Program-made: the position numbers and the translations under genes
The notes under the pieces: model-generated
Seen by the model: the letters and a program-made list of their open reading frames with translations, nothing else
Told to the model about the DNA's origin: nothing
Databases searched by the model: none
In this document: positions 48,634 to 57,751 of the stretch, in pieces
Layout: every line of letters starts with the position of its first letter
How positions within the stretch are numbered: the stretch's first letter is position 1
Assembly: GCA_965223545.1 (NCBI GenBank)
Contig: OZ245006.1
Span: 3,744,001 to 3,808,000, forward strand
DNA from: Planctomycetota bacterium
GTDB lineage: Bacteria; Planctomycetota; UBA1135; UBA2386
Direction: 5' to 3'
DNA: 64,000 nucleotides

Positions 48634-49959
48634 TCACTGTTTCTCCGCGACGACGCCGCGCAGCGGTTGCTTCCGCAGCTCGGCCTCGCGCATCCAGAGC
48701 TCGCGGCCGCCGGCGGGACGCTCGGGGGCACCTGGTTCCAGCTCGACGTGCAGATCGAGATCGCCGTCCACGACGCCCTCGAGGCTGGTCGGCCAGGACG
48801 GGCGCCGGCTGACGTTGCGCGCCGACAGCCGATACCCCGGCACCCTGAGCGAGAGGCTGAACTGCCCGGCCGGGACCGCGTCGAACGCGAACCGCCCATC
48901 GTCTGCGAGCACGACCGTCTGCGAGTCCCACTGCAGCTCGGCAGACAAGAGCAGCCGCACTCCTTCGGGGAGCGCGGACCCGTCGCTGGTCGTGACCCGT
49001 CCGGCGACCCGGTGGCCGGCGGCGACCTCCAGCACACCGACGTCGACCGTGCCCTTGCCGACCCGGATCCTCTGCGGACCGGCCGCGCCGTGCGCAGCCA
49101 GGGAGGCCATCTTGCCGTAGATCACGTACTCGCTACCGGCGGGGACGTTGTTGAAGGTGAAGGCGCCGTCGGCGTCGGTGGCGATGGTGAACTCGCCGAA
49201 GAACTCACCGGCGCTGCGATCGACCTGGGCCAGGCCGATGGCGACGCCGGGCAGACCCGCATCACCATCGACCAAGCGGCCGACGACGGTCGCGCCGGGA
49301 TCGAGAGTGATCCGGTTCGGTGTGGCGCCGGTGCGCAATTGCAGCAGCTTGGGCGCCAGCCCCGGCGAGCGAATGTCGACTCCGATCGCGTCAACCGCTT
49401 CCGCGTGACTCAGGTAGAACGTCCCGTCCGCGCCGGACACCGCGTACGAATCCAGCCCATCAACGGCGCCGAAAGTGCCGCGGCCGTCGTCCCAGTGGAT
49501 CGACCCGGCCGAGATCACCGCGCCGGCGACCGGCGTGCCGCGGTCGTCGACGATGAGGCCGTGCGCCACGCGCTGCGGGTCGGTGGGCGGCGGTGCCAGG
49601 GTCTCCAGCGTCACCGTCGGCGTGTCCACCAGTGGGTCGACCCGCCGCGCGTAGGTCGGCGTGTAGCCTTCGGCGAGCACCAGCACGTTGAACAGGAGCT
49701 CGGGGTCCAGGTCTTCGATGACGAACGCACCGCGCTCGTCGGCCGTTGCGGCTTTGCCGCAGTCGGCGTAGCAGCTGGGTCAATAGGGGCTCAAACCCTC
49801 GCGCAACGCGGCCGTGGCGATGCGCGCCGTGGCCCCGGCGACCGGCTCGCCGGCGGCATCGACGACGGTGCCGTGCAGCGCGGGGCCCGATTGGGCGGCG
49901 ATGGCGGCGGAGGTCGCCCACAACGGGAGAAGAACGCGGATCGGAAGGGTCGTCGGCAT
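48634..49959 (-). CDS. Secreted carboxypeptidase-regulatory-like repeat protein with in-frame TGA at codon 60 (probable selenocysteine, UxxC)
   Basis: ATG 49959 and signal peptide; LHGTVVDAAGEPVAGA...GLSPY-TGA-PSCYADCGK continues in frame into track ORF 48634..49686; four G.V.D..G..-type repeats. Confidence 0.8.
49742..49767 (-). promoter_or_regulatory. Candidate bacterial SECIS hairpin
   Basis: GCCG-AC-UGCGGC-AAA-GCCGCA-A-CGGC begins 12 nt 3' of the UGA at 49782-49780. Confidence 0.55.
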
Positions 49960-50016
49960 AGCTCTCGGGCGTCGTTTGGCGCATCGTAGCAGGATCCACC
50001 CCCTACTCGCCGATCC

Positions 50017-51513
50017 ATGCGCGCATCCATTCCACTCCTGCTTCTCGCGTTGACGGCGTGCCACTCGCCGCGGACCGCCCTGCCGCGCATCGCGGAGCTC
50101 TACAACGACGCCGCCAAGAAGGAGACCCGCAATCCCGTCGTCGTCATCCACGGGATCCTCGGCGCGCGGCTCGCGCAGCGCTCGACCGACAAGACCGTGT
50201 GGGGCGCCTTCACCTCGCGCAGCATCAATCCGAACACCGACGAGGGAGCGCGCGCGATGGCGCTGCCGCTGAGCCCGCCGGCCAACGCGATGGAGTACGA
50301 CGCCGAGACCGCCGACGTGTACCCGACGGGTCCGCTCGAGGCGCTCGAGTTCAACTTCTTGTTCCAGGTGCTGTCGGTCGACGTCTATGCCGCGATCCTG
50401 CGCACGCTGGGCGCCGGTGGCTACACCGACAACGTCGTGCTCGATCCGCTGAGCCCGGCCTACAGCGAGAACCACTTCACTTGCTTCTCGTTCTTCTACG
50501 ACTGGCGGCGCGACAACGTCGAGAACGCGATCCGCTTCGGTGAGTACCTCGACGAGACGCGCGCGCACATCTACGAGACGGCGGGGAAACGCATCATCGA
50601 GCTCCGCGCGAGCGGCAGCGAACAAGACCGCCGCGAGGCCGATTCCATGCAAGCTTGGCTGGACGAGGGCTTTCGCTTCGACGTCGTCGCGCACTCGATG
50701 GGCGGCCTGGTCGCGCGCTACTTTCTGCGCTACGGCGCCACCGACCTGCCAGCCGACGGCTCGATACCCGAAGTCACTTGGCGCGGCGCGGAGCAGATCG
50801 ACCGCCTGATCATGGTCGGCACGCCGAACTTCGGCGCCATGGACGCGCTGCGCAACCTGACCGAGGGCTTCCAGGTGGCGGCGATCTTCCCCCACTTCCA
50901 CCAGGCTTTGCTCGGCACGATGCCGTCGATCTATCAGCTGCTACCGCGCACGCGCCATCGGCTGTTCGTCGACTCCAGTGGGCGCGAGCTCGAACTCGAC
51001 GTGTTCGATCCCGAAGTCTGGGAGCGCTTCGGTTGGGGGTTGATGGATCCGAGCAGCGAAGCGGTCCTCGCTCGGCTCGAGCCGAACCTGGACGCCGCGG
51101 CTCGACGGGCGAAGGCGAAGGAGTACGTCACCTGGTCTTTGCAGCGCGCCAGCCGCTTCCATCGAGCGCTGGACCAAGTCCCACCGACCGCGCCGCCGAC
51201 CCGCCTCTACCTGTTCGCCGGTGACACCGAGGACACCCTGTCCTTGTGCCGCATCGAGCAGCATGGCGCGCGCACGGTGCCACAGTTCGATCGCCGCGAC
51301 TTGACGCTGCCCGGAGACGCGACGGTGCCGCGCTACAGCGCCGTCGGTGACGAACGGCGCACGACGCGCGATCCGAAGATGTACCTGCGATCGCCGATTC
51401 CGTGGTCCAACGTCACGTTCTTGGCCGACGACCACATCGGCATCACGAGCAACCCGCACTTCTCCAACAACACCCTGTTCCTGCTGCTGGAGACCCCACC
51501 GCCGGCGCGGTGA
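50017..51513 (+). CDS. Lipoprotein alpha/beta hydrolase (lipase/LCAT-like)
   Basis: Lipobox LTAC; VVVIHGILG, YDWR, AHSMGG, VGTPN.G, GDATV, DHIG. Confidence 0.85.
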   Translation: MRASIPLLLLALTACHSPRTALPRIAELYNDAAKKETRNPVVVIHGILGARLAQRSTDKTVWGAFTSRSINPNTDEGARAMALPLSPPANAMEYDAETADVYPTGPLEALEFNFLFQVLSVDVYAAILRTLGAGGYTDNVVLDPLSPAYSENHFTCFSFFYDWRRDNVENAIRFGEYLDETRAHIYETAGKRIIELRASGSEQDRREADSMQAWLDEGFRFDVVAHSMGGLVARYFLRYGATDLPADGSIPEVTWRGAEQIDRLIMVGTPNFGAMDALRNLTEGFQVAAIFPHFHQALLGTMPSIYQLLPRTRHRLFVDSSGRELELDVFDPEVWERFGWGLMDPSSEAVLARLEPNLDAAARRAKAKEYVTWSLQRASRFHRALDQVPPTAPPTRLYLFAGDTEDTLSLCRIEQHGARTVPQFDRRDLTLPGDATVPRYSAVGDERRTTRDPKMYLRSPIPWSNVTFLADDHIGITSNPHFSNNTLFLLLETPPPAR

Positions 51514-51539
51514 GCGGGCGGGACGCTCGAAGTCCTCGC

Positions 51540-54128
51540 CTATCGACCGCGCGCCGACAATGCCGCGTCGGCGCGCGGATCCTCGGGGCATGCCGCACGC
51601 CAATGCGCTGCAACCTGCCGTGCGAGCTCCGGTGACTCGAGATGCTGCGCGGCTTGTAGCAGGATCTCGTGCTCGTAGCCGGTGGTCGACCACGCCAGCA
51701 ACCGCTCGACGGTCGAGCGGTACCCATCGCGCACGCCTTCGCCATCGGCGTCCTCATCGAACTGCCGGCCACGAATGGTGAGCAGCAAACCCAAGACCCA
51801 CCGCTGCGAGAACACCGACGGGCGCTCGAGCGCAGCCTCGAGGTCCTCGATCCCGGCACGCTCATCGCCGAGTCCTGCCGCCAGCGCCCCGCGCAGCACG
51901 AGCAGGAGTGGGTCGGTCAGGTGCTCCAGCGCTTCGGAGCAAACCTGGCGCAGCTTCTCGCGACCCCGAGCACTCAAGATCGCCATCGGCACCGCGCGGA
52001 TCAGGGGCACGTAATGCCGGGCGATCACCGGCGGCAGCGGGAATGCCGTGGTCGCGCCGGCGCCGTCCGTGCGGTTCGCGGTCTTGCGCTGGTTCAGCAT
52101 CGCGACGAGAGGGCCCGCGATTCGCAAAGTCCGCCGCACCAGAGAGCCCACGCCTGACTCGCGTTCGACCGCCCATGGCCCGTGGAAGACCGAGATCAAC
52201 TCGCCGAGCCCCGCCACCGCCGACAACAAGTCCACTGCGCGCTCTTCATCCGCGGCGCGCGCCTGTTCGATCAGGATCCGCACGCGGGCTTCGTCTCCGC
52301 GCAGGCAGCTGACAAAACCGGCGTAGCCCATCGCGGTCGGGTCCTCCGGATACAACGCGCGCAGGGTCACGGAGAAGTCGGCCGCTTCCGCCAACCGCCC
52401 CTGACCGATCAGGGCGATGGCGAACGCGCCATTCGCCCGCCGATGAGTGGGCTCATGGCGGCGTGCGCGTTCGAGGTGGTCGACCAGCTCGTCCAAATGC
52501 TCCGCCAGCATGGCCTCGGCGTATGCCTCGTCCGCGGGCGTGAGCCCCAACTCGATTGCCTCGCGCACCTGCGCGAGCTTGGTGTCGGGATCGACGAGCC
52601 GATTGACATCGAGGTCCGCGTCGAGCAACAGCAACTTGGCGCGATGCTCCGGCGGGACTCCTTCGGCTCGCAGCTGCCTGAGCTCGGCGATCGCCTCGCT
52701 GCCGCGCAGGGCGCCGTCGAGCGCTTCGACCCTGGCCAACCGGCAGGCGATCGGATCGTAGCCCGATTCGGAGGCCCCCTCGTAGCTGCCGATCGCCTCC
52801 TCCCAACGCCCCCGCTGGGCGAACAGCCGCGCGGTGAGGAAGGTCGCCTGCGCCCGCGCCGCGAGCGTCTGTTGTTGCTCTTCCGCCAACCGCTCCCGCG
52901 CGGAGCGCTCCACGATGGCAATCGCCGTCGGCCCCCCGGTGAGCAAGATCAAACCCAGCGCCGCCAACGCGCTCGCCTGCCGGTGGCGCGCCACGAACAT
53001 CGCGGCACGCACCGGAGCCGGCGGCGGCGTCAGAATGCTCGGTCGCCCAGCCAAGAAGGCACGCAGCTCCTCCGCGATCTCCGCGACCCGCGGCCGGGCC
53101 TTCGGATTCTTGCGCAGCGCCGCGCGGCACAACCCATCCAGCGCTGCCGGCACGCGCGGATCCCGGCTGCGCGCAGGCGGCGCGTCGGAGCTCAAGACTG
53201 CTTGGCGTAGTGCGCGCGAGCTGCTCGCCCGGAACGGCACTCTCCGCACCAGCGCCTGATACAGCGTCACGCCGAGCCCGTAGCTGTCGGTCGCGGCTCC
53301 GACGGCACCGACCGCACCATCGATCTGCTCGGGCGCCATGTACAACGGCGAGCCCGCCCCGAAGCCGCCGTCGTCGACGTCGCCACCGAGCGCGCGCGCC
53401 AAGCCGAAGTCCAGCAGATGAGGAGCGCCGCTGTCGTCGACGAGAATGTTCCCCGGTTTGATGTCGCAATGGATCACGCCGCGACCGTGCGCGTGATCCG
53501 TCGCATCCGCGACGGCGGCCACGATGCGCGCCACGCAGCGGAAGTAGCCGGCCGGATCGGAATGGCCCGGTGGCCCGGGATCGGTAGCGAACGCGCGCGG
53601 TGACAGCGGCGCGGTCGGGCTCGGCAAGACGGACTCGAGCACCTTCGCCAGCGACCGCCCTTCGATCACGTCCATCACCAGGTAGGGCTCGCCGTCGTCG
53701 GTCGTCCGCGCCCCGTGCACCGTGACGATCGCCGGGTGGCGGAGGCGACCAATCAGTTTCGCCTCGGCGAGAAAGCGCGCCTTGGCGTCGCCGCGCAATG
53801 CGACTCGCGGCGCCAGCACCTTGATGGCGACTTCGCGCCCGAGCGAGGCCTCGTATGCGCGGTAGACCCAACCCATACCGCCGTGCCCCAGCACCTCGCG
53901 AACCTCGAAGCCACCGATGCTCGCGGGCAACGGCGGCACAGGCGGCGCTGTCTCGGTTCGCGACTGCAGCAAGCCCTCCGTGTCGCTCACCCACTCACTC
54001 TCGACCGCGTCGATGTAGTCGCGCAGGTCGGGCCGCCGCTCGCGCGCTCGGGCGAACGCGTCCGCCCCGCATTCGTCGGCGAGTGCGAGACAGAGATCCT
54101 CTGCTTCTCGTCGTTTTGCGTCAGTCAT
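51540..54128 (-). CDS. Hanks-type Ser/Thr protein kinase with TM helix and TPR-like C-terminal region
   Basis: LGHGGMG.VY, VAIK, HCDIKPGN, DFGLA, GSPLYMAPEQ; start MTDAKRR. Confidence 0.93.
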   Translation of the reverse strand: MTDAKRREAEDLCLALADECGADAFARARERRPDLRDYIDAVESEWVSDTEGLLQSRTETAPPVPPLPASIGGFEVREVLGHGGMGWVYRAYEASLGREVAIKVLAPRVALRGDAKARFLAEAKLIGRLRHPAIVTVHGARTTDDGEPYLVMDVIEGRSLAKVLESVLPSPTAPLSPRAFATDPGPPGHSDPAGYFRCVARIVAAVADATDHAHGRGVIHCDIKPGNILVDDSGAPHLLDFGLARALGGDVDDGGFGAGSPLYMAPEQIDGAVGAVGAATDSYGLGVTLYQALVRRVPFRASSSRALRQAVLSSDAPPARSRDPRVPAALDGLCRAALRKNPKARPRVAEIAEELRAFLAGRPSILTPPPAPVRAAMFVARHRQASALAALGLILLTGGPTAIAIVERSARERLAEEQQQTLAARAQATFLTARLFAQRGRWEEAIGSYEGASESGYDPIACRLARVEALDGALRGSEAIAELRQLRAEGVPPEHRAKLLLLDADLDVNRLVDPDTKLAQVREAIELGLTPADEAYAEAMLAEHLDELVDHLERARRHEPTHRRANGAFAIALIGQGRLAEAADFSVTLRALYPEDPTAMGYAGFVSCLRGDEARVRILIEQARAADEERAVDLLSAVAGLGELISVFHGPWAVERESGVGSLVRRTLRIAGPLVAMLNQRKTANRTDGAGATTAFPLPPVIARHYVPLIRAVPMAILSARGREKLRQVCSEALEHLTDPLLLVLRGALAAGLGDERAGIEDLEAALERPSVFSQRWVLGLLLTIRGRQFDEDADGEGVRDGYRSTVERLLAWSTTGYEHEILLQAAQHLESPELARQVAAHWRAACPEDPRADAALSARGR

Positions 54129-54192
54129 GGGATCGCCGCCGGCGCCGGACCGGAGCTTGACCACGGATCTCGGACAACGGGATGATACCGGC

Positions 54193-54900
54193 GTGTCCCC
54201 CAGACCATCCGACCACGGCGAAAGCGAGGCAACCGCCGCGCTGGCGGAGTTGCTCGCCCGCATCCGCGCCGGAGACGCGGAGGCCGAGACCGAGTTCCAC
54301 GGCCGGTTTGCCGCCGGACTCGACCTCGACTTGGCAAAGACCATGCGGGGCGCGACGCCCGTCCAGCGCAGCTATCACGACCAGCTCGTACACGAGACGA
54401 TGCTCACGGCGTTCGACCAGATCCGGGGGGAACACGTCGAGCTGCGCGGCACCATCGAGCTGCGTGCGTGGCTCCGTCGTGTGTTGCGAAACAAGTTTCT
54501 CGACCTCTGTCGGAAGCTGAAGGCGGAACCGCTCGAGCAGGCCCCCGCGGCGTCCGAGTCCTCGACGAGTTGGTTGCACGGCGTGTGGTCCGACTGCACC
54601 GGCATCCTCACCCGGCTCGCACGGCAAGAGGATGGTCGGCTGCTCAGGCAGGCCATTCGCAACCTGCAAGACCGCTCTCGAGAGCTCGTCGAGTTGCGCT
54701 TCTTCTGGGACCACAGCTGGTGGGAGGTCGCCCTGGAACTCGACGCCGGCCGCGTCGACCCGGAAGCGAGTGCCGGGCAGCGGCGAGACCACGCGGAACG
54801 CGTGCGCAAAGAGTTCGAGGGCCCGGTCCTTCGAGAACTCGCCCTGAAGCTTCAACAACAACGCCGCCTCGCCGACGACGCCACTGCGTACGGCCCGTGA
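54193..54900 (+). CDS. Divergent ECF-type sigma factor transcribed away from the kinase
   Basis: LLARIRAGD..A, LVHETML.AF, LRAWL..VLRNK..D, AI.NL....RELVELRFF; start at GTG 54193 or ATG 54127. Confidence 0.8.
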   Translation: MSPRPSDHGESEATAALAELLARIRAGDAEAETEFHGRFAAGLDLDLAKTMRGATPVQRSYHDQLVHETMLTAFDQIRGEHVELRGTIELRAWLRRVLRNKFLDLCRKLKAEPLEQAPAASESSTSWLHGVWSDCTGILTRLARQEDGRLLRQAIRNLQDRSRELVELRFFWDHSWWEVALELDAGRVDPEASAGQRRDHAERVRKEFEGPVLRELALKLQQQRRLADDATAYGP

Positions 54901-54907
54901 GCGGAGG

Positions 54908-56029
54908 CTACTGGCCGAGCACCATGAGCAGGCCGGGTGAGAACGCCAGCTGGCCCGGAGTCGCCGGATCGATCACGATCGACTGCGCTCCGATGCCGAG
55001 GCCCACCAACAACTGCTCGTTGGGCCAAGGCAGGACGACCTGCTGCGTGGCAGGCGCGGCGGGCAGGTTGACCGTGGCGAAGAGGATCGGATCCGCCAGC
55101 AGCAGCGTGCCGCCGAACGCCGACGCGAAGCTGGCAGCACGGTGGCTGAGTAGCAACACCGCGGTGGCCGGTTGGGTGTAGGCATTGCCCACGTCAATCT
55201 GCGTCACGGCACCGATGCGCGGCTCCGTCGCGGCGGTCAGAGTCGGCACGGTGCCGCCACCGGAAAAGCCCTGGCCATAGTTGCCGGAGTAGGACTGCGT
55301 ATCGCACGGCGAGAACGGCCATGCCGTGCAGACCACCGAAGCGGTGAACCAACCGCGCGCCTGTTGATCCCGCGCACCGACGTAGAGCGTGAAGACGCCG
55401 GTGTGCGGAAAGCTGAACGGCTTCTGCGCCGCGTTGCCGGTGACCGTCGCCACGGAGTTCCCCTGCGCGTCGAGCAGCTCGGCGTAGTGGTACGGCGTGT
55501 AGTTCGGCCACCCGCTGTCCTCACTGCGCAGCGCCAGCTCGGCGCTGGCGCCCGCCGCGCCGTGGATGGTGTAGCACGCGTACTCCGTCGCAGCGCCAAC
55601 GCCGCCCTGCATCTGCCAATCGAAGGCGATCCGGTCGGCGCCAACCGGGTTGTTGAGCCGGTTGACGTAGAAGGCGTACCAGCCAGTCGAGGCGTTGTTG
55701 ATCGCCTTCACCTTCACCGAGTAGAGGCCACTGGTCTGCAGCGTGAAGGTCGCGAGGCCATAACCCGAGACGGTGGCCACGGGACCGGCAGCGTCCGAGA
55801 CATCGATCTGATGGTAGTAGGTGAAGTTCGGCCAACCGCTGTTCTCACTGGCGAACGCCAGGCGCACGACGTCGCCAGCCTGGCCGTTCATCAGGTAACG
55901 CACGACCTGGGTCGCGGACGTGATGGACCCGCTCGTCACGGGACCGCCATAGTCGACCTGTACCTGGGCCTGTGTGGTCGCGACCAGCACCGCAGGTGCG
56001 AAGAAGAAAGAGGCGTACTTGATCGTCAT
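54908..56029 (-). CDS. Secreted protein with two PPC-like beta-sandwich repeats and shared C-terminal domain
   Basis: Signal peptide; duplicated SE(N/D)SGWPN(F/Y)T.YH...G.(Y/F)...GW; C-terminal YGQG...PRIG...LPWPN..LLVG...AQ...FSPGL. Confidence 0.78.
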   Translation of the reverse strand: MTIKYASFFFAPAVLVATTQAQVQVDYGGPVTSGSITSATQVVRYLMNGQAGDVVRLAFASENSGWPNFTYYHQIDVSDAAGPVATVSGYGLATFTLQTSGLYSVKVKAINNASTGWYAFYVNRLNNPVGADRIAFDWQMQGGVGAATEYACYTIHGAAGASAELALRSEDSGWPNYTPYHYAELLDAQGNSVATVTGNAAQKPFSFPHTGVFTLYVGARDQQARGWFTASVVCTAWPFSPCDTQSYSGNYGQGFSGGGTVPTLTAATEPRIGAVTQIDVGNAYTQPATAVLLLSHRAASFASAFGGTLLLADPILFATVNLPAAPATQQVVLPWPNEQLLVGLGIGAQSIVIDPATPGQLAFSPGLLMVLGQ

Positions 56030-56362
56030 GGGCTCTCGGTCGGGGCAAACCTGTCGATGCACGGGACCTCGTCAAACGCACGAGGCCGCATGTGGAAGCC
56101 GATTCGGGCATCGGCAGGACGCTGGTGAGCTTCCGTCTGAGAGACCAACGAGTGGAGCCGTGGGGTGCGGAAAGCGCGCGGCAAGAAAAAGGCCGGTGCG
56201 CGACTCTCGCCAGCGCGCCATCACCGCGCCACGGGGAGGATGCGTGCGGCGGGCATCGAGGCCAGTGTGTCGGGGGCGTGGTCGCGGCTGCGCGACCCGG
56301 CGTGGCACCTGACCGGCTGGAGGTCAACCATCAGCACTTGGGCGCGTGGCGCGGCGTCTCGC

Positions 56363-56368
56363 TATACT
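56363..56368 (+). promoter_or_regulatory. -10 element for a probable leaderless transcript
   Basis: TATACT 6 nt before ATG 56375; no SD sequence. Confidence 0.5.
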
Positions 56369-56374
56369 CCCGCA

Positions 56375-57709
56375 ATGGAGTGCAAGTTGGTCGTGCCGGC
56401 GTGCGTGTGGGGCGCCGTCCTCGCACCTGCAAGCCTGTGCGCGCAAGTGCAACCCAACTGGACCGCTCTGCGCGACACGCCAGCGCAGAGCCGCGGTCAG
56501 GCCGCGATGGCGTACGACGCTGCGCGCGGCAACGTGCTGCTGTTCGGCGGGCGCAGCGATGGCTTCGGCACGTCCCTGCTCGGCGACACTTGGACGTTCG
56601 ACGGCGTCCGCTGGCAGCGGCATCTGGTCAACACCGCGCCGGCCCCGCGCTACGACGCCGCGACCACCTACGACAGCCTGCGGCAGGAGGTACTGCTGTT
56701 CGGTGGGACCGACGACACACGCGTGTTCGCCGACCTGTGGGCTTGGAACGGCAGTCGGTGGCGCCAGCTGCAGACCGGTGCCGCCAGCCCCGGGCCGCGC
56801 GTGCGCGCGGGCCTCGCGTTCGACCCGACGACACAGGCTGCCGTCCTCGCCGGCGGGCTCGGCGACCTGCCGTTCATGAACCCGCTGGGCGACACCTGGA
56901 TCCTGCGCGGCACCCTGTGGCAGCGGCTGCCCGCCGCTCTGCCGGCGGGCGGCGTCGCGCTGGCCTACTTCGGCCGCCGCAGCCGCGTCGTGGCGCTGAC
57001 GTCCGCGGGCGGGGGCTACGAGCTGGGCGTGGCAGGCGCCTGGCAACGCTACCCGGTGCTCGATCGACAGCCGGCGTGGCCATTGGTCGCGGACACGCAG
57101 CGCGGCCTTCTCGTCGTTCCCGCGGCGCGCCCCGAAGTGTTCGACGGCAGCGGCTGGCGCGTCGAGTCGCCGGAGTTTGCGCGCCCCTACGGCGCCGAGA
57201 ACTTCACCTACGACCACGGGCGCGCCGCGCTGGTCGCCTTCGGCGCCTGGAAGAACCGCGGTGAGTTCGCCGAACGCTTCACCTGGGAGTATCGCGTGCC
57301 GCCTGCGCCAGGGCTCGGCGCGGCCTTCCGGCCCTACGGCACCTTGTGCGCGAGCGCGAGCAGCCTCGGACGCGTGCTCATGGGCCGGGCGGGAACGGCG
57401 CCGCGGTTGGGAAGCACCGCCGTGCTCGAAGTGGTGACCGACCGGTTCGGCACGCCGTCGTCGACGGTGGCCCTGGGGCTGGCGCCGACGACGAGCACCT
57501 CACCGGTGCTGGCGCCGGGCTGCTTGGTGCAGGCCGCGCCCGCGCTCGTGGCGGCCGCCGTCGACCGCGGCAGCCACTTCGAGCTGCCGCTGCTCTTGCC
57601 CGGAGTGGCCTCGCTCATCGGCGCGGAGGTCTACGCCCAGGATTTCGGTCCAACCTGTCCTTGGGCTTGCTACGCGTCCAACGGGCTGGTGCTGCAACTC
57701 GGGCGCTGA
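56375..57709 (+). CDS. Secreted kelch-type beta-propeller protein with shared C-terminal domain
   Basis: AMAYD..R..VLLFGG...DTW.FDG..W repeats; C-terminal YG..C...PRLG...LP...SLIG..VYAQ...SNGL. Confidence 0.85.
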   Translation: MECKLVVPACVWGAVLAPASLCAQVQPNWTALRDTPAQSRGQAAMAYDAARGNVLLFGGRSDGFGTSLLGDTWTFDGVRWQRHLVNTAPAPRYDAATTYDSLRQEVLLFGGTDDTRVFADLWAWNGSRWRQLQTGAASPGPRVRAGLAFDPTTQAAVLAGGLGDLPFMNPLGDTWILRGTLWQRLPAALPAGGVALAYFGRRSRVVALTSAGGGYELGVAGAWQRYPVLDRQPAWPLVADTQRGLLVVPAARPEVFDGSGWRVESPEFARPYGAENFTYDHGRAALVAFGAWKNRGEFAERFTWEYRVPPAPGLGAAFRPYGTLCASASSLGRVLMGRAGTAPRLGSTAVLEVVTDRFGTPSSTVALGLAPTTSTSPVLAPGCLVQAAPALVAAAVDRGSHFELPLLLPGVASLIGAEVYAQDFGPTCPWACYASNGLVLQLGR

Positions 57710-57751
57710 GTGGACGCCCCGCCTGTGGGCGGCAAGTCAGACCACTCGACC

